NCBI GenBank assembly: GCA_000320545.1
Contig: ADNK01002282.1
Location: 1 to 45,082, forward strand
Direction of reading: 5' to 3'
Length of the DNA stretch: 45,082 bases
Source of the DNA: Bigelowiella natans CCMP2755
Lineage: Eukaryota; Protista; Cercozoa
Below, one piece after another: positions 36,026-45,082 of this stretch. The stretch's first letter is position 1; each line of letters opens with the position of its first letter. The notes beneath the pieces were generated by a model that searched no databases, was not told where the DNA came from, and worked only from the letters and a program-made list of their open reading frames with translations. A program made the translations under genes and the position numbers.

Positions 36026-37041
36026 TTGTTTTAGGGCAAGGTCTCTGACGCAGTGCTCGCTAAGAAGGCGTGGGCAAAGCATAAGCTCCGTAACGACTCC
36101 GTGATTTTGGACAATATGGGTGGTATGTTCCGATCCAAGGTTTGGTGTTTGTTTAATTATCATCCGCACTCGTTTTCTCTCGTCCTCCTCCTCCTCTCTC
36201 CCGTCCATGCGTATGCTATACTATCATCATCATCGTCAACACCATTATCATCATCATCATCATCATCACCATCATCACCATCATCACCACCATCATCATC
36301 ACCATCATCATCGTCGTCATCATGCGATAAACCTCTGGCGAGTCGACGTTTTGGTCACGATGCTCCTGCTTGCTGGCCATTAGATTACCTGCCCCAAATG
36401 CAAGACGACGCAGAGGAAATTCGATCCCTTCCTCCTGAACATCCCCGTCCCCCTCCCCAGCTCCGACAACAAGCAGCAAACAGTGACCGTGGTGTACGAT
36501 GACACCAGCAAGAAACCGCTCAAGATCAAAGTCGAAGTCTCAAAGGTACGGGGTGGATACTATCGATTTTTGATTATGTACATATATATATATATATATA
36601 TATTTATATACATATATATAATTATAAATATGTTCATTTTATGGAAAATACAGCACGGCGAGATTTCGGAGCTGAAGTCTGCTATTGGCAAAGTTGGCGG
36701 TGTAGAGGCCAAAAACCTTATCATTGCAGAGGTAACCGCGAGAGTGCGTGCTGGCATCAGCAATCGCATGGTCACAGAACTATAAATAACGTACGCGTTG
36801 TGAAGAAGAGGATATAGCAAGCTGTGCGACGTGTACGAGTACAAAGAATGGATTGACTCGAAAACGTGTATTCGTCTTTTGCATAGTCTAATGCTTTAAA
36901 GGTGCGGACGGAAGATGAGGAAGAGAAGTAATTGCTCGATCATCCCTACCCCCCCTCCCCCATTTCAGGTGTTTGGAAACAAGATATACAAGCAGTACAA
37001 ACCTAATGACGGAGTGGGCGGAATCCTGGATAATGTAATGT

Positions 37042-37074
<33 letters not shown>

Positions 37075-37150
37075 CACTACTACTACTACTAAGACTACGA
37101 CACAACACTATGCATATAGGTAACATGATGCAAGCACATAAACACGCACA

Positions 37151-37186
<36 letters not shown>

Positions 37187-37200
37187 TACACCTAAACCAT

Positions 37201-37240
<40 letters not shown>

Positions 37241-37771
37241 TTCTTAATACATATATATATATATATATATATATGGTCTTCTCCCCCTCCTCCTCCACCA
37301 CCTCCGCCTCATCGCAGGACGTGATCTACGCCTTTGAGTGTCCAAAGATATCCGAGGTGAAGGAATGGGTGAGCCTTCCCATACAGCACTTCCATGAAAG
37401 CTCCTACGAGTCAGTCTTCGGTTCCCCTCGCGTTTTAATCGTTGACACCTCCGCCTCTGAGACTGTAGGAGCAGCGCAGGTTGGCAAGGAAGGAAGGAAG
37501 GAAGGAGGGGGGGGGGGGGGGGTCTAGGGTGAAGAAGACGCGTGTCTTTGCTGCAAAGTTAATGATAGATTGGCGTGTGTATTGTTATCGCTAGTGTTTC
37601 GAGAATATGCATAATTCGGCCCTCTCCTCCTCCTCCTCCTCCTCCTCCTCCTCCTCCTCCTCTCCTCCTCCTTCCTCCCACTATTACTAACCGCACCCAC
37701 TACCACTTCCACTGCTCCTATGCTCATGATGACATAATGCGCGAAGCACCGTTGACCGGCCGCCTGGCGTG

Positions 37772-37809
<38 letters not shown>

Positions 37810-38380
37810 AATAGGTGAGAAATGAAATCAAGCGAATCGTCAAGCCTTTCGTCAAGGTAGGAGGAAGTAGTGTAGTAGACGCAAGAGATCGGGCTCGATT
37901 TGCAGGGACGATAGTATGCGCATCTTCTCCGCTTGTACGCTCACGGCGAATGTGATGGACGTGTGTGCAGGAGAACAAGCCGCCTGAGGGGTCAAACGTC
38001 AAGGATGTGCCTTACACATGCTTTTGGAAGCCATCATGGGTAGTAGTAGTAGTTATTATTATTATTATTTTTTTTTTTTTAGTAATAGTAGTAGCAGCAG
38101 CAGCAAGAAAGATGTTCTCTTTGGTCCCCGAAGCTCCTCGCAAGTGGCAATCGTATTTATGATGGAGAATGCCTGCTGCTTTGAGGAATTTGCTGCTTTA
38201 TCGCCGTGGAGGCCGTGCTCTTTCTCTCTCTCCCTCCCTCTTTCTTTCGTATGTTGTTATTGTGATTTCACTGTTCCCCGTCGTGAATGATTTGTTTCAC
38301 CTCCTCTCCTTCTTCCAGGGATCTGATGACCCATTGGATATGTTTGACGAGGTAGGCTATATCTATGTATCTGCGACATG

Positions 38381-38458
<78 letters not shown>

Positions 38459-39939
38459 GTGTGTGCGCCGTAATTGCGCCATCAACCTCTTACTTGGCAA
38501 ATCCTAATCGGAAAGTCATTTTGAATTTCGGAGGCGTTACATTGATATATTTGTACATATACCTTTATCCATATTTCAGGAAAAAGAAGCCAAATTCGAC
38601 GCCAAAGAGAGGTACAGAACGACCTGAACTGTTCTAATACGCTGTGATGGGTTTCTTCTCCACAACACGTGATTTGTGTAGTAGTGGTAGTGGTAGTAGT
38701 AGTAGTAGTAGAGGGGGGGGAGGGGGATAAAGGTGGATAAATCTTAGACAAGCTTCATCTCGTAGTAGATAGTAGAGGAGAGGATGCTTTGAATTGGAGG
38801 GAGGTTCGGTTTTTCCAGTTTGCTACAGAGACCCGACGAATGGTGACGGGCCTCTCTCTTTCCTTGTATAATGCTACCGTGTTTCGTTTTTGGCTTTGTG
38901 TGCGCGTGTTACTGTGCTCTCTCCCTCTCCTCCCCCTTCCCCCTTCTCCTCCCCCCTTCTCCTCTGTTTGTTCTTCGTTGTGCAGGGCCATAATCAAATG
39001 CATGTGGGGGAAGCTCTCCGAAAAGGATGAAACGTACCAGAAAGAGCTGGTGGTAGACCACTCCAGTGTCGGGGGAGGGGGGGGCGGAGGCGAGGCGAGG
39101 GGGGGGATCAAGCTCGAGGAGTGTCTCAAGGCCTTCACATACGAGGAGAAGCTTAAGGAGGGGAACGAGTATTACTGCAGAGTTTGCAAAGAGCACCTGA
39201 GGGGTGTGGTGAGGGAGAGATATGATCAAATTGTGTGTTTGTGTTGATTGTGCGGTGTTTGCTGTCGTTCGCCGCGGTCTTTATCGGGTTGGCATTGAGA
39301 GAATAGAATTGAGCAATGATATCTCACCCATCAACACATCCTACGATTCCCTTCAATATCAAGTATTCGTGCGTAAGATACGTGAGCTATCGCGGTATGC
39401 GGTCCTTCACTTCTCACTTCTGTGCCCCCCCCCCCCCCGCCATTCTTCCTCCTCCTCGCAGTGACCAAGAAGATGGACATCTGGAAGCTGCCGAGCATTA
39501 TTTGCTTGCAACTCAAGCGATTTCAATACACGAAGCGCTACAGGGATAAGATCGATTCTTTTATCGACTTTCCTCTCAAAGGTCCTTACTTTCGATTTGA
39601 GGAGGAGGAGGAGGAGTGTGTTGGGTCAAATATGATGCGCAGCATTAGCAGCTCAGATATACCTGATTCTGTTGGTCGTCTTTTTGTTGTTGCATGGTTG
39701 ATGAAACCCTCCTCCTGCTATCAATACCATCTTAAGATGTACATTATCAATTCGTCGTTATCTGGTCAAAATGATTGAATTGTATCATCGTGAAATCAAC
39801 ACAGGGCTGGATTTGGGAGAGTACTGCTTGAATACGGAGTACAAGAAGTAAGTTAGTATTACTGCTCTGTATGTGCTCCGAAGAAGAGGAGGAGGAAGGA
39901 TCATAGCTAATAGCTTCACGATAACTGCTTCATCTCTCC

Positions 39940-39987
<48 letters not shown>

Positions 39988-40340
39988 TCTCTCCTTCTCT
40001 CTTTCTCTATCACTTATTTCCACCGCCGCTTCATTCGAAACATCCCCCCCTCCTTCCCCATCCCCACCCTCCTATTCTCTCACTTGCCGTCGGCTGTATA
40101 CCTCTTTCTCCTCAGGGATAATGCGATCTACGACTTGTTCGCAGTATCTTGCCATGGCGGCGGCTTGGGAGGGGGTAATGGAGAAAAGATCGGGATGCGC
40201 TTGCAATCGTCGCCGTCGCTGTTGTTGATGATGTTGTTGTATGGATACCTCCAAATTTTATGAGGCGAAATAGCTGTGTGAGCTACTACCTATCAGCGTG
40301 GCATCGACATATTCTCGTTTGGCCGTAAAGCATCGTATTC

Positions 40341-40377
<37 letters not shown>

Positions 40378-40397
40378 ACACACTCACTCTTTCTCTG

Positions 40398-40440
<43 letters not shown>

Positions 40441-41111
40441 TCATTGTTTGTTTTTCATGATCGTCATCGCTTGTGACGAATGCAACATAGGTCATTATTG
40501 GGCGTACGTAAGGAATCGAATTGATGGCAAATGGTAGTGCTAGTAGCAGCAGCAGCAGCAGCCTTCTCATGCCACAACATCTTCAATTCCATAAGCTAAA
40601 AAAACAATCACGAGGCATTATATGTTTCATCGCTGCATCCTCTCCTCCTCCTCCTCCTCCTCCTCCTCTCTGTTCTCACGATTATCGTTATTCCTCGTCA
40701 CTCGTACACAACAGGTACAACTGCAACGACTCGTCCACGAGCGAGATGGTGAGCTCCGAGGCGACTTATTCATCTTCTCCACCTACCCATCTGACTCACC
40801 ACCCCCCTCTATCCTGCAGGGCCCGAAGAGTGTCAAGACGAGCGAGGCGTACCTGCTGTTTTACGTCAAGAGAGGTTGCGTGAGTTCTTCTTCTGCCTCT
40901 ATTCGATCTTTGATTCACTGGATGATGATGATGATGGTGGTGGTGGTGGTGGTGGTGGTGACGATGTTGATGATACACGACTCGATGGTGGAAGAGATGA
41001 CGGGCCATGTGGAGAATACTGACCTTTGGTGTCGTTGCTGTGCTTTTTCACCTTTGCGCTACTGCAGATTTCAAAGACCCCAGTCCGCAGGAGGTTGAAG
41101 CAGATGTGTAG
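30741..41111 (+). CDS. Ubiquitin-specific protease (peptidase C19, USP4/11/15-like: DUSP-UBL-Tudor-like-catalytic), very intron-rich
   Basis: DUSP (GTTWCYLNLKWFRLW, PGPIDN), Cys box GFRNLGNPCFMNSTLQC, APQFSGYSQQ|DSQELL..L..GLHE, CPKC and YYCRVCKEH zinc-ribbon motifs, WKLPSIICLQLKRF, His box YDLFAVSCHGGGLGG|GHYWAY, WYNCNDS, EAYLLFY. Stop at 41109-41111. Confidence 0.93.
36223..36322. repeat. (CAT/CAC)n trinucleotide microsatellite in a USP intron
   Basis: Direct inspection. Similar (CAT)n/(GAT)n/(CCT)n/(TAG)n runs fill many USP and ECH introns (e.g. 23474-23520, 33203-33276, 34860-34930, 37622-37675). Confidence 0.9.
40345..40436. repeat. (CT)n microsatellites in a USP intron
   Basis: Direct inspection; also 18252-18322 (CT)n(CA)n and 39949-39983. 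Confidence 0.9.
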
Positions 41112-42572
41112 TGTTTTCGTCGCTAACAATAACCAAAGGCTCTATGATAGCCCATCTTCGTTTTTTCCCAGCTTAGAATGAAGGAAGTCGGCATATCCGA
41201 GTAATGTAGCATGGTGTTTGCGGAGCGTTATTATCGTTTTTCATCTATTTGCAACCAGCGCATTGGGCGGGGTTGTAATGTAATCTTGATCATTTTAATT
41301 CGCCGATTTGTTGCATCAGTATAGCTCACATTGTTATAATTTTCATCACCGCGAACAAAGCTAGAAAGGGGTTTACTGAGCATGAGCGAGCGCGTATCGT
41401 AATAATAATAATGATGGAGTTATTACGTGGACGCAATGCAATTCAATTGACTTATATAGCATTTGTATGGATATTGTGCGAGACATCTCTAGATATGGTT
41501 GGCTAGCTCTAGAGCTAGCGTGCGTGTGTAGCCATGCAGCGATGGAATCATTTGTATATCAGCACGTGCTAGCGTGGCGTCGACGAATGCATGGCGGATA
41601 GTCCAATTTTACAAAAACTACTTCAGATTAAATAAATATTCTGGTATAATTATAATTGTGCTAGCATGATATGACTAGTAGTATAACGTAACGCCTGCTA
41701 TCTAGCTATGTAACCTGATCCAGAAGTTATTTGCTAGCGTTGTTATGTTGTTACAGCATTAAAAAGATTATTGATGATATGCGTGCGTGCACGTGCATAC
41801 GCGTGCTATTCTAGTTCAAAACTAATACAATTGTGAACACGTGCGTACTTCTAGATGTGTTGTCGCGAAAATCACATGCAAGCACACAGCACACTTCGCA
41901 CGTATGCGTACAACTATGCATGCCTTTAAAACCAGTTTGTGTGACGCTCGATCAATTTCCCAAAGTCTTGTCAATGGGCTAGAAGCTTATATCATTAGCA
42001 GCATTGTGAAAGCCTGAGCTTCCAAAGAACAAAAATTGCAATCGCGGTCCTCGTCGAGGCCCGGTCGCGGGTATTGGACATAGTTTTCAATTAGCACAGA
42101 AACCGATTCAGCAAAGCTTCATAATCTGGTTTATGCCTCCTGAGCAAGGACGAATAATATAGAAAGTGGTTGTTCATTTAGATCAAATATACTCTCATCT
42201 GTTTTGCCCTTCCAGGTTCTTAATCATAAAGATGAAACCCTGCTTTGAATAGTGAAGTTTTTTCTATCTCCAAGCTCTCAAAACCGAATATGATTTCTGC
42301 AAAGTAAGTGGTATATACTGTGCCTACTATGTCATGTTGTCGCCTAGTATGCTTAGTTTGCTGATGGCCATTGCTCTGCCGACGATTACAACTACAAGTC
42401 TCCACTGTACCGCTAATGCATTTGAATGCGGGGTGGTGCCTATCGCTCATCCCCTATTAAAGATTTTGCCGTGCGAAGCAACAGGCTCCTCTAGGAAAGT
42501 ATAACGCCGAAGTGCAATGAGCGCACGAGCCCCCCACCAGCCGAGGCTTATCACTAGCTAGGCCCCCCAAGT

Positions 42573-43396
42573 ATGGGGCAATGGCTTGCAAGGCAAGTGC
42601 TCTATTCGGAAGACAGAAGCGAGATCAAGCCTCAAACGCCTCGTCTTTCCAGCTGTTCCAGGCCGTTTGGCCTCCGGGTTTTATCTTGCGACAATAAACA
42701 TTCCGTTGTCGCAGGTTGGAGAGCGCCCTCGAAAATCTTCCGGGTCCGTTCCGCGGTTGTTGGCCCTCGTCTTATCGGAGCGATATCCTAGGAGAGAGAA
42801 AGGCAGTGTGGGAATGCTCGTAGGTAACCGAGGTCAGGTTTGTTTTAGTAGTTTTTGGCTTTAAAAAATTTCTGTAAACGTAATTAATTTGTAGGATCTT
42901 CCTCGGACAAAACTCGGCCAGCATTTCCCAGATTAAGAACTTTTTTACAACCGAATATATCGTAAAAGGCGACTCATAAATGAATCGGCACGGGAGGATA
43001 CGGCTCGGTCTCCTCCTAGCATGCCTCCTCTCAGGTGCGGTCACTGTACACGCATGAAACGAAAGGGTATTAGGTCGTGGGGGGGGAGTGGGATAGAATA
43101 CAGAGTAGTAGCGTCGAAGAGAAAGATCCATTGCTTTTTTTGAAGAAGCTTTATAGATTTAACGCCCCAACCCTAAAAGAACCAACCGCCTCCTAATTGC
43201 TGTTATCCTTTGGGGCCAGTGGCGCATTGGATGGTTTTGCGGGAGAGAGGAGGAGCTTTGCTGGGTATGAGCAAAAGGCGTAAGCTTTCTTCAAGAAATG
43301 CGGGAAAGATTGGAGGGCGAAGAATGCTCGATCAGAAGGCAAGGAAGCACACAGCGGAGGAGACAAATCTTCGGATGCACACTGACACACACACAA

Positions 43397-43433
<37 letters not shown>

Positions 43434-43909
43434 TACTTCCATTCATCAACGGTCTGTTCAAAGGCACGACGAAGATCTAGAGGACAGCAGATGCAAATGC
43501 AGCAGAAAAGGACGAGAAGGGTATGCACCATGACGACTTACACACAATAACACCACGCACGTGTGTTTTAAATAGTATTTATTCATTTACTGGTTACAGC
43601 ATATAATCGTCTCTGCATGTGCCTATCTATTTTATACGTTCAGCATCGCATCGGCGCCATTCCTCATGAGAATTCAAACGTGAGACTTTCCAACACAAAC
43701 AAACTTCATGCACGTAGTTTTTCATAGTGATACTCACGAAGGTGCAAAGATGGTGATAACGATTCAGGGTTATTTCTCACCTTCCTCTTAACTGGATATT
43801 TGCATTGTTGGCTAATTTGATCGTCTGCATACAGGAGCGTATAATCCCGGTCTGTCGCAACGATAAATGGAAGGTTGCTTTGCACTGAAACATCAACAAT
43901 AAAACTCGT

Positions 43910-43951
<42 letters not shown>

Positions 43952-45082
43952 ACACACAAATATGCAATGTCAGGATGTTCGCAAGTTAGCTGTTGACAAA
44001 AAGATAAGCTGGAAGGTGAGAAATATCGTCCTAATTATAAATTGATTCATTATTTTTATATATAAAATATAATATATTTGTGTGTTTGTGTGCTTGATAT
44101 CACCATGGATGTTTACACGCAAACGGAAATTGTTTATGTTTTGTGTTGTGACAGTCATTTCTGAAGAAATGCCAGATGAAGCTTCGGATGAAGTAAAATC
44201 GCTATTTCATGAATGATCCCCGATAAATGCAAAACACACACACACACACACACACACGCAAACATCCTCATTCACACTAACACGCTCGCGCATGTATATT
44301 GGTACATACGTGTATCTGCGGGAGCTAGATCCACACACTCTTCCTTCATTTATCAATGCGGTTATGTTCAATAGGTGCATACGAGTGTTTGAGCTCAGCG
44401 GTCGTGAGGTTATTAACGACCACAGTGATGATGATGACGAGAACGATATGTGATATATTGCTACTATCAGCGACGTACATTGAGCAGCATTGCATGCGAA
44501 CTTTGCGGTCAGATCGATATGCAAACGGAACGCGTCGTCTCCGATGATAGGGGTGGGTTGTGAGAAGAACAGAATCTAAATACACGTGATTGCAATACGG
44601 CATTCAGCTGCAAATGTGCATTCGGTGTCGCTCCCAAATCATCACATCCTGTCAAAATGGTACGTGACAATGGTGTTTGCGCAGCCGGGCCTTTGGTGCT
44701 GTCGCAGGGAGAGAGTTTCAAACCGCCCAAACTACCAACGATGGTGACGATTTTGACCACAAGATCCGCAAAGATGCTGCTGTTTTATGATCGTCGCGCA
44801 TATTCCCACTTAGGACGCACAAAAGCTTGCTATGAAACTCAAAGGTGCTGGGAAGAAGGTAAATCGAAAGTTGCGCCAAATCATCTTATCCCCTCCCCTT
44901 GCGGCGAGAATGTGGTTGAGGAAGGATTTGAACGGCTGCTTCGATGTTTCACCATGCGAATATGTGTACAAATACAGGCACTTTCCAGCGTCAGCGAGAG
45001 CTCAATGACGCATGCAGTCATCATCCAATTAGGTTGAGAATGAGTCTTAATTCGGAAATTATATTCCCCCCCCCCCCACCCC
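42573..45082 (+). CDS. Intron-rich gene with a doublecortin/KHA-like ubiquitin-fold domain; 5' end uncertain, truncated at window end
   Basis: Spliced exons 43835-44742: ERIIPVCRNDKWK|DVRKLAVDKKISWK|SFLKKCQMKLRMK|CIRVFELSGRE|IDMQ...DDR|AGPLVLSQGESFKPPK, resembling the DCX/KHA pattern RN...SW..LL...KL...RVF..G.EI.....L.VSQGE.F. Confidence 0.5.

Noticed and set aside
41980-42450. Possible small minus-strand gene
   Set aside because: No recognisable motif or consistent exon chain.
43035-43068. CGHC thioredoxin/PDI-like motif in a short exon-like segment
   Set aside because: I could not build a convincing surrounding thioredoxin fold or splice path; left unassigned.
45065-45082. Poly-C at the window end as a telomere or terminal structure
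   Set aside because: Similar C-runs occur in polypyrimidine tracts of many introns here.

Overview
Eukaryotic nuclear DNA from an intron-rich, microsatellite-laden protist (plausibly a chlorarachniophyte-like alga; this is inference only). Splicing the exons by hand gives about nine genes: an Npl4-type ubiquitin-like domain fused to a METTL21-family methyltransferase (-), CPSF73/CPSF3 (+), a GT23/NodZ-like fucosyltransferase (+), a polyketide cyclase/START protein (-), a hypothetical WW-like/Tudor-like protein (+), mitochondrial enoyl-CoA hydratase (-), a myristoylated EF-hand protein with an RGS domain inserted (-), a USP4/11/15-type deubiquitinase with a Tudor-like insert (+), and a truncated DCX/KHA-domain gene (+). 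There is also a decayed Ty1/copia fragment. The strongest unexplained signal is kb-scale intergenic tracts (7707-9481, 25745-26817) from which TpA has been almost completely erased except inside CTAG. In the copia relic, Tyr codons have become Cys or His (TA->TG/CA). This looks like a strand-symmetric A->G hypermutation of silenced or TE DNA, the mirror image of fungal RIP. Gene models and dinucleotide counts were done by eye and need computational confirmation.
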